Shown here piece after piece: positions 24,516 to 37,364 of a stretch of 64,000 bases of DNA. Origin of the DNA: Somniosus microcephalus. Its lineage: Eukaryota. The position numbers were made by a program, and so were the translations under genes. Below the pieces are notes generated by a model. That model was not told the DNA's origin. It made no database searches and was given only the letters and a program-made list of their open reading frames with translations. The first letter of the stretch is position 1. Each line of letters begins with the position of its first letter. The DNA lies in the NCBI GenBank assembly GCA_052327205.1, contig CM126213.1:107880001-107944000 (forward strand). Reading direction: 5' to 3'.

Positions 24516-25159
24516 TAAATAATTTTGCAGAAAAATATATGGCTCTTATTATAGCAAAAAAAATACTAGTTTTAAACAATGCAATTATGTTTGGTTCTGT
24601 TTTATAGATTTTTTTTTTTTACCCGAACAAAAGAAAACAAGTGAATCGTTAAAATATGCTTGTAAACAGCAAGAGGTTCTCGTCAAATTACTAGGAGTTA
24701 ATTGTTCATAATGTTTCTGTTCTCAGGTGCTCGGGTTCTAATACTCAGAATGGCCACTTTTTCTTGCAGTCAGTGCAGAATGTCCTTCCTGTACATGGTT
24801 TTCATGCAGAACAAATGATCAACATTCACATTTCAGTGCGCACCATAAATGAAAATTGTCAGTGATGTAATAAAGCTCACGATACACTTGGTTTGAGCAT
24901 AAAGCAAGGCTTTAATCAACTTGTTTCAGAACATGGAGGTCTAGTTGTACTTCACTAGTTCCTTGTCTTACAAAATGTCCCTGGCAAGCTGGGCCCACGC
25001 CTGAGTATTTATACTCCTTGGACGGCACCACCAGCTGGCCGTCCAGCGTTATTTCATGAGTAGTTTCTTGATGAATGATGAGATTTATAACAGTCAGCAC
25101 TTGAGGCATTGGAAATGCTGATGTGGGTGAGATTCAAAAATAGTTATGTAACTTCTTCA

Positions 25160-25525
25160 GCACGGTGGCATAGTGGTTAGCACTGTTGCCTCACAGCGCC
25201 AGGGACCCGGGTTCAAATCCGGCCTCGGGTGACTGTCTGTGTGGAGTTTGCACATTCTCCCCGTGTTTGCATGGGATTCCTCCGGGTGCTCCGGTTTCCT
25301 CCCACAGTCCAAAGATGTGCGGGTTAGGTTGATTGGCCATGATAAAAAAAAAATTGGCCCTTAGTGTTAGGGGGGATTAAATACGTGGGGTTACGGGGAT
25401 AGGGCTTGGGTGGGATGGCTGTCAGTGTAGGCACCGGGTGCTAGGGTTTGGATGATCAGCCATGATCTCGTTGAATGGCGGAGCAGGGCCGAATGGCCTA
25501 CTCCTGCTCCTAGTTTCTATGTTAA
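25160..25525 (+). mobile_element. V-SINE (HE1-like) ending in a different CR1 tail
   Basis: Head and body near-identical to 10891; from about 25445 it matches the tail of the CR1 at 2315-2400. Confidence 0.85.
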
Positions 25526-25814
25526 CACGTGCACTCTCCTCATATGGAGGATGGGATTTCTTGGTGTCATTGGTCAAAATCCCAAGCATATAAGAAGCTT
25601 GCTCAGGGTGTGCAAAAATTTAGTGCAAGGTCAAAATTCGATAATGTGTTTTTTAAAAAGTGTTTAGTAAGTACTTTTAAATGAAATGTTGAGAAATTTG
25701 AGAAGCTCTATTGATTGATTTTTTTATTTCGGTCTGATGTGATGTGCACTGATGAGACAGAAATGATTCAAACACCTGCCCCACAATAGCTCAATGGATA
25801 ATTTGTCACGTTGC

Positions 25815-26330
25815 ATAGAGTCATGAAATTTTACAGCACAGGTGGCCATTCAGCCCATCGAGCCTGTACCAGCTCTCTAAAAGAACTCGCCCATTAGTCC
25901 CATTTCCTTAAAAAATATTTCTTTGAAATATTTATCCACTTCCTTTTTAAAATCTATTATGGATAATGCTTCTACTGCTGTTTCTGGTAGGGCATTCCAT
26001 GTCATAACCTCTGCATAAAACAAATTCTACTAATCTCTCCCTTTGTTCTTTGATTACCTTAAATTTACACCCTCTAGTTATGGGCTCACCAACTACTGGC
26101 AATAGTTTTTTCCCCTATTTACCTTATCAAATACTACCAGCAGATCTCCTTTTAAGCCTTCCTTGTTCTAACAAAATGATGCCCTGTCTTTCTATTCTCT
26201 CCTCATAACTAAAGCCTCTCATGCCTGGTATCCCAGTAAATCTCTTCTGCACCCATTCCACAGACTTGATATCCTTCCTAAAATAAGGCATCCAAAACTG
26301 GACACAATATTCCAACTGCAGCCTTACCAG
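25815..26330 (-). mobile_element. CR1 3' fragment
   Basis: ORF 26127..26381 (LEYCVQFWMPYFRKDI..VQKRFT..SYEER). Confidence 0.85.
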
Positions 26331-28184
26331 TGGTCCTAGGCCACACACAACAAAAATTCCCCATCTTGATCCCTGGTCCATGTTGAGCTCATCTGGAATG
26401 GTATTAAGGACACTTTTATTGGCTTTAGAGTTGCTGATCCTGATTGAAATTCAGTGGCTCTTAGTGGAAATACACTTGTGTCAAATCGGGAAAAAATCTC
26501 ACAATTTAATAGTTATTTCCCCCAACATTCCTTGACTGGTCAATCAAAATGACACTTGGACAAGGTACTTGGGGGCCCATTTTGCTCTTGGAACAATACC
26601 CCAGTAGAGGCCAATAACTTAAGGTGTGGAGGAGTAAGAGCCCAATGACTAATTGCCCCACCCTAATTGCTGGCATGGCTAAAATCAACTCCCTCTTAGA
26701 TTAAGCATTGAACATATGATCTCCAGATCTGTAAGTGGATAACAAATTTAAATCATTGAACTAAAATTAATCATATTTGAAGGAAAGATATAAATGTTCT
26801 TGTGTTTAAAAAAACTGTCCAACTGATATAGTTATCACAATGATCGGTAATGGATATTGTGTGCTCTCTCCCTATAGCTTTAAAAGGTTTTTTAAACAAG
26901 TTTTCCTTAACTGTGCCTGTGAGTTCTTATCTCCAACAGCTCATAAAAGCTTTCAAGCAAAAGTCGTAACATACAATTTTTTTTAAAACCTCCATATGAA
27001 TCGTAAAATCAATCCTTGAACAGATCACTGACAAGACTCATTCGGGTAAATGACACCCCAGCACCCTACCCCACTCCTGACCTTGACACTTTCCTGAGTT
27101 GAAATCCACGTGTGCACAGTACCAGACAGCAAGGGTAAATGATATTCATTTAAGATTGCCACAGGACAATGATTGGCATAAAACTCAGATTTTGGAAAAA
27201 TTAAATATAATTATGCAGGTAGTTGTCAAAAATCAGAAATGCAAGGTTGCATCTTACATATAATTGCTTCATGCCACATCAGTCAGAATTAATAACTTAG
27301 AGTGGAATAAAATCTATCTTAAATGCTAGCTTGATGAGGGAGAAGAGTGTCAGGGGAACTGCTTATCAGTGACCAACAATGTCCTTTTATCTCTAGACCA
27401 GGTCAATGTGATGAAAGTCCCCTTTCTTAGTTGCATGTATATGGGTTATATGAGAAATGATTTGTGGCAGTTTTAACCCAGTTCTTAGAGAGAGCAGCAC
27501 TACAGTACAAAACTGACCACAATTTAGTCCACACTGATACTAAGTTGGCCAACTTCATAGAATCGTACAGCACAGAAGGAGGCCAACTTGTTCCTAATTT
27601 CCACTCAGTGAGTCTGTAACAATGTAGGAAGTAAACAAAAAATGTTTAAATCATTGGTCTCCAGCAAGCTTTAGCAAATAACAAAGCTATGTATTTCTTG
27701 TAGCACTAGATGAACAACATTTCAGCACTTATCTAAGGACTTTAATCAGGTTAAGCACGCTGCATTCTTGTTTTATGCCTTAGCTGGGGGAAAACAGACC
27801 AATACATAAGATAAAATGGAGGGTTCTGTCTGCAGCCTCTCAAAATAGATTTGGGGAGGAGAATATCTTTCCATTAATATTTATCTGCAACCATTGTTGA
27901 AGCCATAAATATCTTCAACAAAGGTAATAGTTTTCTCAGAGAAATTAGGTAAGCTTACTCGATACTCCAAGCCAAACTTAGTGATTGAACAGGTAAAATT
28001 CACTTGTTGCAGAAATGCAGGAATTACTTTTCCAGAACAGATTTAATTTGTCTGAGAATAAGAACACATAGTTCGTACTAAACATATAGTTGGCATTACT
28101 TGTGCTGTTAAATCAAATATATCAAGGGAATTATAGCTCTTATTCAGGTACCGTTTTTCACTTTGGGGGGAATGTTCCTTGGAA

Positions 28185-30105
28185 CATAGACTCATGGAAT
28201 TTTACAGCATGGAAGGAGGTCATTCAGCCCATTACACTTGTGCCGACTCTGAAAGAGTTATCCACTTAATCCAGTTCGCCTGCCCTTTCCATGTATCACT
28301 TTTACATTTTATTTTTCAAATATTTACCTACTTCCTTTTTAAAAGCTAGTATAGTCTACTTCCAACACTTTTTCTGGCAGGGCATTCCTTATCTGTAGAA
28401 GTTTACAGCACAGGAGGCTATCTGGTCCATTGTGTCTGTGCAAACTGTATGCTACAGAAATCCAAAACTAATCACACAGCATCACTCTCTCTCCATTGCC
28501 TTGTCGCTTCCTCTGCTTCAAATATTTATCCAATTTCCCCTTAAAACAATACAATGGTCTCTACCTGAACCTCTACTTGTGGTAAAGCATTCCATGCTCC
28601 AACAATCCTCTGAGGAAGGAAAGTTCTCCAAACCCCTCTCCTCACTCCCTTCAAGAATTTTAAATTAATGACTCCTTGTCACTGACTCCCCAATTAGAGG
28701 AAATAGTTTTTGCTATTGATTCTATCAAAGCCCTTCATAATTTAAAAAAATTACCCTGTATTAAATCTCCACAGTGTCCATTACTGCAGTGGAAATATTT
28801 CTAGTATCTCAAATCTTTCCTCAAAGTTTCCCATCCTAGTGAATCTGTTGCTTTCTATGGCTTCCCTGCAATTTATATAATGAGGCACCCAAAACGGCAC
28901 ACACTATTCTAACTGCTACCTAACCAATATTTTGTACAAATTCAACATGATTTCTTTACTCTTGTACTTTATGCCCCTATTTATAAACCCCAAATTTCTA
29001 TTGACCTTTTTTAATGTCTTTCGCGACTGAGACTCACTTTCAGGAAATTATGTATTTGAACCCCAAGGTCTCTCTATTCATCCACACCCTTTAATGTCTT
29101 TCCTTACTTTTTCTACCGAAATATATTACCTCGCACTTATCCACATTAAATGGCATCTACCACCTATCTGTTCACTCAGATAACCTGTCTATATTTCTTG
29201 AAGTCCTAACAACCCTCTGCATTAAAAAAATCTCCTGACTCCCCTTGTTCTTTTGGTGATAATCTTAAATTTATGCTCTCTCGTTATCAACTCAATCGAC
29301 CAATGGAAACCGTTTTTCCCAATTTCCCTTATATTTTTAAGACCTCCTCAACCATATTTATTCTAATGAAAAGAGCCCCAGTTTCTCTATTCTCTCTTCA
29401 TAACTAAAGCCTTTCATCCCTGGCACGATCTTAGTATATTCCTGCTAAATCCTATCCATGGTCTTGACATCTTGCTTTTTTAGTCTATACCTCCACGTAT
29501 AAAGCCTAGAATAGCACATTTTACTTTTGTAGCTTTATCAACCTCCCACTTTCATTGATTTGTATATTTCAACCCCTAAGTCTCTCTACTCATTTTAAAG
29601 TTTAATTATTCTTCCCCCCCCCCCCCAAAATGTATCGTCTCACATTGCTCCACATAAAATTTCATCTGACGTCTCTCTGCCCAATCTACAAAACTTATGT
29701 CGGCCTGAAGTTACTTAAAATCCTCTTCACAGTTAACCATGCTCCCTCTTTTTGTGTCATCTACAATTTTTGATACTTTCCCCCCAAAACCAAGTCCAGA
29801 TGAACAGTACTGGTACCAACACAGCCCCGAGGGAAACCACTGTTTGCAACTCTCCAGCCCGAAAAACATCCAATACTCTGTTTAATGAATTTTCTTTTCA
29901 TGCTGCCACATTGCATTTAATACCATATGGTTCAATTTTATCAACAAACCTCCTATGTGGCATCTTATTAAACACCTTTTGAAAATTCATAAACACAACA
30001 TCCATGGCATTTCCTTTATCAATATATTCTGCTATATCATATTTATATTGGCTGTCTTTAATTAACCCATGTCTTTCTAGGTGAGTGCTAATTTTATCCC
30101 GTATT
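28185..30105 (-). mobile_element. Cluster of nested old CR1 fragments
   Basis: ORF 29898..30203 (DKGNAMDVVFMNFQKVFNKMPH); two CR1 tails near 28190 and 28395. Confidence 0.75.
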
Positions 30106-31048
30106 ATGGCCCAGGGTACTCGACGTTTAGAAAAGACAGGCAGAATAGAAAGGGGGCGGGGGTGGTGGGGAGAGACGGTAGCCTTGATAATAAAGGATGA
30201 CATAAGGGTAGTGAAAAAGTATCTTGGCTTAGAAGATCAGGAAGTAGAATCAGTATGGGTGGAGATAAAAAATAACAAAGCAGAAAACACTGGTGAGAGT
30301 AATTTATAGGCCCCTAAACAATAGCTATACCGTTGGACAGAGTATTAATTAATGAATAACAGGAGCTTGTAACAAAGGTAATACAATTATCATGGGGGAC
30401 TTTAATCTTCATATAGACTGGGCAAATCAAATTGGCAAAGGTAGTCTGGAGGACGAGTTCATGGAATGCTTTTGAAACAGTTTCCTAGAACAATAAGCCA
30501 TGGAACCAACCAGGAAACAGGCTATTTTAGATCTTGTATTATGTAATGAGACAGGGTTAATTAGGAATCTCATAGTAAAGGATCCTCTGGGGAAGAGTGG
30601 TCATAATATATAATTTCACATTGAGTTTGAGAGTGAAATACTTCAGGCGGAAACAAGAGTCTTAAACTTAAATAAAGTCAATTACATAGGTATGGGGGCA
30701 TGTTAGCTAAGGTAGATTGGGAAATTAGGTTAAAGGGTACGATGGTAGATATGCAGCGGCAAACACTTAAAGAAATATTCCAAAATTCTCAACGAATATA
30801 TATTCCATTGAGAAATAAAAATTTCACGAGAAAAGTGATCCATCCGTGGCTAACTAAAGAAGTTAAGAATAGTATTAGATTAAAAGAAGAGGCTTATAAT
30901 GTTGCAAAGAATAGTAGTAAGCCTAAGGATTGTGAGAGCTTCAGAAACCAGCAAAGGATGATCAAAAAATTGATAAAAAAGGAACAAAATAGAATGAGAG
31001 TAAACTAGCAATAAATATAAAAAAGGATTGTAAGAGTTTCTACAAGTA

Positions 31049-31574
31049 CAGGAAACTTTGTGCTATCCGGCACCTGTTATGTTCATTAATAACTAGTCGT
31101 TTTTATTAAGAACAGCTAGCTTTTGCTAGACACTTTATTGAGCACATGTAGACTAGGTACAGTATCTGTAGAGGCATCCATTTTGACTGCAGCCTTGTGG
31201 GTAGCCTAGTGCATCCTGGGTAGCCCACTCTTATATAAATACAGCACCACCTAGTGTACCATTCCAGAATGACAGGTTACTGATCATTACAGCACCGACG
31301 GGACTGAGCTGTTGCCGTCCCATCAAAACTGCCGGACAAACCAGCGCTAATGTTGAAACATACGGAGATTTTGAGCTCCGTATCTGGCAACAAACCCTGT
31401 ACAGCTTCTAAACAGTCGACCGTACCTTGCAAGTGTCTCTGTAGTTTAGCAACAGCTTCAGCGAGACCTTGCAGAGCCTGACTGGTGAAAAAAAAGCAAC
31501 GAAAAGAAAAAAAAACTAACGAAGCGGCTCGAGCATTCCGGACAGTTAACCTCCGGATAAACCAAAGTTTCCTG
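31049..31574. mobile_element. Tc1/mariner-type MITE (family of 4937-5258, opposite orientation) containing a solo LTR
   Basis: TIR CAGGAAACTTTG..CAAAGTTTCCTG; TA at 31047-48 and 31575-76. Confidence 0.9.
31075..31291 (-). mobile_element. Solo LTR (217 bp)
   Basis: TGTTATG..CATTACA termini; 5-bp TSD GCACC at 31070-74 and 31292-96; TATA-like box and AATAAA on the - strand; absent from the sister MITE. Confidence 0.85.
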
Positions 31575-34496
31575 TATGTAAAAAAGAGTAGCGAAAGTAA
31601 GTGTTGGTCCCTTAGAGGCTGAGACAGGTGAAATTATAATGGGGAATAAAGAAATGGCTGAGACTTTAAACAAATATTTTGTATCTGTCTTCACAGTAGA
31701 AGTCACAAGCATACCAAAAATAATGAGAAACCAATGAGCTAATAAGAGTGAGGAACTTAAAGTAATTAATATCAGTAGAGAAAATGTACTAGAGAAACTA
31801 ATGGGACTAAAAGCTGACAAATCCCCTGGATTGATGGCCTACATCCTAGGGTTCTAAAAGAGGTGGCTGCAGAGATAGTGGATGCATTGGTTGCGATCTT
31901 CCAAAATTCCCTAGATTCTAGTACGGTCCCAGCAATTGGAAGGTAGCAAATGTAACCCCGCTGTTCAAGAAAGGAGGGAGAGAGAAAACAGGGAGTCAAT
32001 CCATTATTAAGGAAGTGGTAACAGGGCACTTAGAAAATCATAATATGATTAGGCAGAGTCAACATGATTTTATGAAAGGAAAATCATGTTTGACAAATTT
32101 ATTAGTTTTTTGAGGATGTAACTAGCAGGGTAGGTAAAGGGGAACCAGTGGATGCAGTATATTTGAATTTCCAAAAGCCATTCGATAAGGTGCCACATAA
32201 AAGGTTGCTACGCAAGATAAGGGCTCATGGGGTTGGAGGTAATATATTAGCATGGATAGAAGATTGGTTAACCGACAGAAAACAAAGAGTAGGGATAAAT
32301 GGGTAATTTTCCAGTTGGCAGGCTGTAACTAGTGGGGTGCTGCAAGGATCAGTGCTTGGGCCTCAGCTATTTACAATTCATATTAATGACTTAGATGAAG
32401 GGACCGAGTGTAATGTATCCAAGTTTGCTGATGATACAAAGCTAGTTGGGAAAGTAAGCTGTGAAGAGGACACGAAGAGCCTGCAAAGGGATATAGTCAG
32501 GTTAAGATAATGGGTAATAAGGTGGCAGATGGAGTATAATGTGAGGAAATGTGAGGTTATTCACTTTGGTAAGAAGAATAGAAAAACAGAATATTTTTTA
32601 AATGGTGAGAAACTATTAAATGTTGGTGTTCAGAGAGATTTAGGTGTCCTCGTACAGGAAACACAGAGAGTTCGCATGCAGGTACAGCAAGCAATTAGGA
32701 AGGCAAATAGCATGTTGGCCTTTATTGAAAGGGGGTTGGAGTACAAGGGTAAAGAAGTATTACTAAAATTGTACAGGGCTTTGGTGAGACCACACCTGGA
32801 GTACTGTGCACAGTTTTGGTCTCCTTATCTGAGAAAGGACATACATGCCTTAGAGGCGGTGCAACGAAGATTCTTTGGGATGAGAACATTGTCCTATGAG
32901 GAGAGGTTGAGTAGATTGGGCTTATACTCTTTGGAGTTTAGAAGAATGAGAGGTGAGCTCATTGAAACATATAAGATTTTGAGGGGGATTGACAGGGTAG
33001 ATGTTGAGAAGTTGTTTCCCCTGGCTGGAGAGTCCAGATCTAGGGGGGCATGGTCTCAGGATAAGGGGTCAACCTTTTAAGACTGAGATGAGGAGGAATT
33101 TCTGCTGTGAATCTTTGGAATTCTCTACCCCAAAGGGCTGTGGATGCTGAGTTGTTGAGTATATTCAAGGATGAGATAGATTTTTGACCTCTAGGGTAAT
33201 CAAGGGATATAGGGATTGGGCGGGAAAGCGGAGTTGAGGTTGAAGATCCGCCATAATATTATTGAATGGCGGAGCAGGCTCGAAGGGCAGTATGGCCTAC
33301 TCCCGCTCTTAACTTTTTGGAAGGTTACCCACTGCTGCTGTTAGGCTGACCAATCTATAATTAATTGGTTTATTCCTTTTTTGAACTGAGGTATTACATT
33401 AGCAACCCTCGAGGCCTCTGCCACAACTTCCATATCCAAGGATGTTTGAAAGATTGTGGTCAGAGTCACTGCTTTTTCCTCTCTGACTACCATGAGCATC
33501 TAGCACGCATCATTTTCAAACATTTCCATTTTGAGTTCCACCGTTTTTCCAGCACTACTTCTTTGTCTATAATCATCTTATCCAATTACTTCACCTTCTC
33601 CTCTTGTACCCTTTCTTTCCCATTACTGTGGTTTTTGCAAAGTACTTGTTGAGTATGTATGCAATGCCATCATCCTTCACAAGAAGTTTCTTTCTTGTCT
33701 TTGATTGACCCTACCTTTTCTTGAATTGGTATTTTACTTTTTGTGTGTTTATAAAAATCCTTATTATTTCCCTTTATGTTCTGACAGTTTATTTTCATAG
33801 TTCCACTTAGCCTTTACTATATTCAGTGTGTATTATCAGATTTGTCATATGCCGCATAAAATTTTTCACAGCATCCTTCTCTGCATTGTCTCATAATTTT
33901 ACTATGCACAGACTGCAGTCTGTAGTTAATATGCTTTTTATGGTAATTTTCTGCTTTATGTTATGTTCAATTAGAATTTTGCCATGCAAATAACATTTTC
34001 CTGGATGACATTTCTCCTGCTGGTAGTGGCGGATGGGTTCCTGTGGCTGCTGCGTAAGGTAAAAGCTGCACATCAAAGTAACTTGATGAAATACAAATTA
34101 ACAAATGTATTAGTTCTACTTGTTAACTGAAATTAGCAACCAGCTCTGATATGTTTAAGCTTCAGGTGGCAGTTTTTCCCCCTGTGCAGTTGAAATTATC
34201 TTATATTTCCTTAGTCACACACGAGCAGTGAGAACGTTTAAAGGGAAGCAAAATCTAGGGAAGTATTTTTTGTTCAAATTAGTCCTCAACCATACAGAAG
34301 AAAATATCCACCTCACTCAACTCTTGATTGACAATATTATAAAACTGTCAGTTTTATTACCAACAATGGAAACCCTCCAATTAGGCTCCGTCAATCCTGA
34401 GTTGCCAGAGTAAGATCATTGATGGAGAACATCTCAGAGTGGATTGAAGCTGCAGTTCCTGCTATTTTTTAAGAGTCTATCCAAGTAAAGCCACAG

Positions 34497-34835
34497 CACG
34501 GTGGCATAGTAGTGGTTAGCACTGTTGCCTCACAGTGCCAGGGACCCGGGTTCGAATCCGGCCTCGGGCGACTGTCTGTGTGGAGTTTGCACATTCTCCC
34601 CGTGTTTGCGTGGGTTTCCTCCGGGTGCTCCGGTTTCCTCCCACAGTCCAAAGATGTGCAGGTTAGGTTGATTGGCTATGATAAATTGACCCTTAGTGTT
34701 AGTGGGGTTACAGGGATAGGGTGGGATATGTGTTGGTGTAGGGGTTACGGGGATCGGGTGGGATATGTGTCGGTGCAGGCTCGATGGGCCGAAATGGCCT
34801 CTATCTGCACTGTGGGGTTTCTGTGATTCTGTGAT
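34497..34835 (+). mobile_element. V-SINE (HE1-like)
   Basis: Near-identical to 10891-11240, including the A and B boxes. Confidence 0.9.
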
Positions 34836-35324
34836 GAACCTCAGGAAACCATACTACTAGCTGCAGATGGAGATTTCCTCCCACAACCCATTTCCTATAA
34901 AGTCACTCCAGGTCACTCCCCATCAGTGGCATCACCAGAGTGGCCTAGTTGTGAGAAAGAAACAATGTGGGAAATAAGATTAGTATTTTTTAAATCTAAA
35001 TTTAAGTTAAACTATTATTCTGTTCTATAAACTAGCACTTTAAGCAAAATATACGCCCCTACATTTTCCTTCCACTTGAAAGGATATGTAACCAAGTGGA
35101 ATATGAAGGAGTAAACACTCAATTAAAAAGAAAGCAAAATCTCTACTAAATTGACTGAAAACTCATACAAAATTTTTTTAAGGAATTAATTTAAAATACT
35201 TGGCTTTGCTATGTGGAACGAGATTGAGTAGGGCAGTTGATTTTTCAAGATGGATGGAGTGATGCAGCCATTCTTCTTCACAGAAATTCTCATTTTTATT
35301 GGAGAAGATAACACACTCTGAGTC

Positions 35325-35855
35325 ATAGAAACATAGAAGATAGGAGCAGGAGTAGGCCGTTCGGCCCCTCGAGCCTGCTCCGCCATTCAATGAGATCATG
35401 GTTGATCATCCAAATTCAGTACCCTGTCCCTGCCTTCTCTCCATATCCCTTGATCCCCTTAGCCTTAAGAAATATATCTAACTCCTTCCTGAATATATTT
35501 AATGAATTGGCCTCTACTGCCTTCTGTGGTAGAGAATTCCACAGGTTCACCACTCTCTGGGTGAAGAAATTCCTCCTCATCGCTGTCCTAAATGGCTTAC
35601 CCCTTATTCTTAGACTGTGACCCCTGGTTCTGGACTCCCCTGCCATCGGGAACATCCTTCCTGCATCTAGTCTGTCTAGTCCTGTTAGAATTTTATAAGT
35701 TTCAAAGAGATCCCCTCTCATTCTTCTAAACTCCAGCGAGTATAAGCCCAATCGACCCAATCTCTGTTCATACGTCATTCCTGCCATCCCAGGTATCAGC
35801 CTGGTGAATCTTTGTTGCACTCCCTCCATGGCAAGAACATCCTTCCTCAGATAAG
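35325..35855 (-). mobile_element. CR1 3' fragment (young subfamily)
   Basis: ORF 35416..35829; near-identical to 2133-2400 and 38300-38770. Confidence 0.95.
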
Positions 35856-36769
35856 TCCAAACAAAATACAGACTTATTGGACACCATCAATCTCCCTCAG
35901 ATATCAGTAGCTGAACAAGAGTAGAATGACCCAGGGAATTGCAAAAGCAATTTTCCAATTTCCTTTCCTGAAGGCATTAACTCCTGCTGAGATACAGTTT
36001 CACAGGCCCCTCCAGTATCTTATCCAAATAGTCCTTCTACATTTGTGTTAGGGGGCTTTCAGTTAGAGTTGGGTATCCTAGCCACGATTGATCCCATCTT
36101 CATCCAATCTTCATATGTGCACTTTCCAATCCAGATCACTGTCGCCTCCCTCGTTCAAGGGTCTGAGGCACCCCTGCTGCCAACCTGGCAGAGATGAGCT
36201 AACTTAGCAGAGACTTTGAATCAAATCTGGAATCTTGAAGTGCAATTTCATCTCGGACTCTGAAGGTTTCCTGTATTTAAGGGCACTCGATTCTAAACCC
36301 TTTTGTGAAGTCAGGTGAAGGGAACAGTATAGTAAACATTTTAATACGTTTCCGGAGATTCTTGCTGGCATTCTGAAATAATTATGCAATATTGCTCAAA
36401 TGTGTTAGCCTGAAGCCAAGACGTATGGATATTCAACACATCCAGGATGGGAAGAAAAGACAACACAAAGGGATTGCAAAATAAAAGTCAATACAAGCAA
36501 TAAGACGGGGAAAAACAAAATATGAAAGAGCAATACAGGTAAAAAGAACCTGCATTTATATAACAGCTTTCACATCCTCGGAATTTCCCAGCTAAAGCTT
36601 TTAGGTGGGAACTCCTAATGCAGGTTCAATCACATTTTAAAAAGATCTGTTTCAAACAAGTTTCCAAGCACCAACAACTTGCATTTATATAGTACCTTTA
36701 ACGTAGGAAAACGTCCCAAGGTGCTTCATATGAACATAATACAAAAATTGATAGTGAGCCAAAGATGAG

Positions 36770-36892
36770 AGTCGGCCCGGCGCTGAAAGACACCACGTGC
36801 TGAGAGTCCTCAGGAAGGCAGGCCTTTCTCCCGCCACTATGCGCACGCAGCTGCGGCTGGCCGGTAGTTTCCGGCGGAAGTTGCTGCTGTCC
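36770..36892 (+). promoter_or_regulatory. DTD2: DTD2 CpG-rich promoter / 5' UTR
   Basis: E-box CACGTG 36794-99, NRF1-like TGCGCACGCA 36840-49, opposed ETS/GABP cores TTTCCGGCGGAAGT 36868-81; local CpG enrichment. Confidence 0.7.
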
Positions 36893-36982
36893 ATGGCGAC
36901 TCGTGCGTTGATGCAGCAATGTCTTTCGGCCCGGCTGCAGGTGAAGCCGGCGGAGGAGGGTGCGGCCGCTGAATGCATTCAG
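36893..36982 (+). CDS. DTD2: D-aminoacyl-tRNA deacylase 2 (ATD), exon 1
   Basis: MATRALMQQCLSARLQVKPAEEGAAAECIQ matches the DTD2 N-terminus (ARALLQQCLHARLQ); donor CAG|GTATTC, phase 0. Confidence 0.9.
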
Positions 36983-37294
36983 GTATTCGACAGCCATACT
37001 GGCCATTGCTTTTCCGTTGAATTAAGTCACTGTTGACAGACCAGCCTGGCGTGCTGGCAACCAGCTCAGGGTTTGGGTTTGGACTTGGACTTGGACTTGG
37101 ATCGGGGGCGGGGCCGGGACTCTGGTCCTGTGAAATGAGAGAAAGCTTGAAATTCCTCCCCATCCTCTCTACCCCTCCCTCCCAGAGGTAAATGAATAGT
37201 GTTTTACCCTGCATTTCACCCAATCTCTTCAACTTTATTTTGCTGGAAGAAATCTTTTATATTATAATTTTACATCGATTTCCCTGTTTTACAG

Positions 37295-37364
37295 ATCCAA
37301 AGAGGGACATTGATCTACGTCTGCTTTTGTAAAGGTGCAACTGTAGACATGATTCCTAAAATGG
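37295..37364 (+). CDS. DTD2: DTD2 exon 2
   Basis: Acceptor TTTTACAG|ATC; IQRGTLIYVCFCKGATVDMIPKM; donor G|GTAAGT; 70 nt, phase compatible with exons 1 and 3. Confidence 0.95.

Larger units (their letters stand above)
30110..33320 (+). mobile_element. Near-complete degenerate CR1 ORF2 (endonuclease, RT, 3' tail) interrupted by a MITE
   Basis: ESVWVEI, MGDFN, ILDLVL; [11 protein letters not shown]; ORF 32529..33080 (RPHLEYCAQFWSP); in-frame stops. Confidence 0.95.

Noticed and set aside
25730-25790. TGATGA/CTGA motifs suggesting a C/D snoRNA
   Set aside because: No proper box order or terminal stem, and not inside an identified host intron
32529-33080. 183-aa ORF and other RT-like ORFs as host genes or active LINEs
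   Set aside because: Fragments of CR1 ORF2 bounded by stops and frameshifts; no intact autonomous element exists in the window
37068-37115. (GGACTT/GGGTTT)n hexamer run in DTD2 intron 1, and the C25 tract at 40947-40971
   Set aside because: Simple repeats; G4 potential is possible but there is no evidence of function, and they are not telomeric TTAGGG
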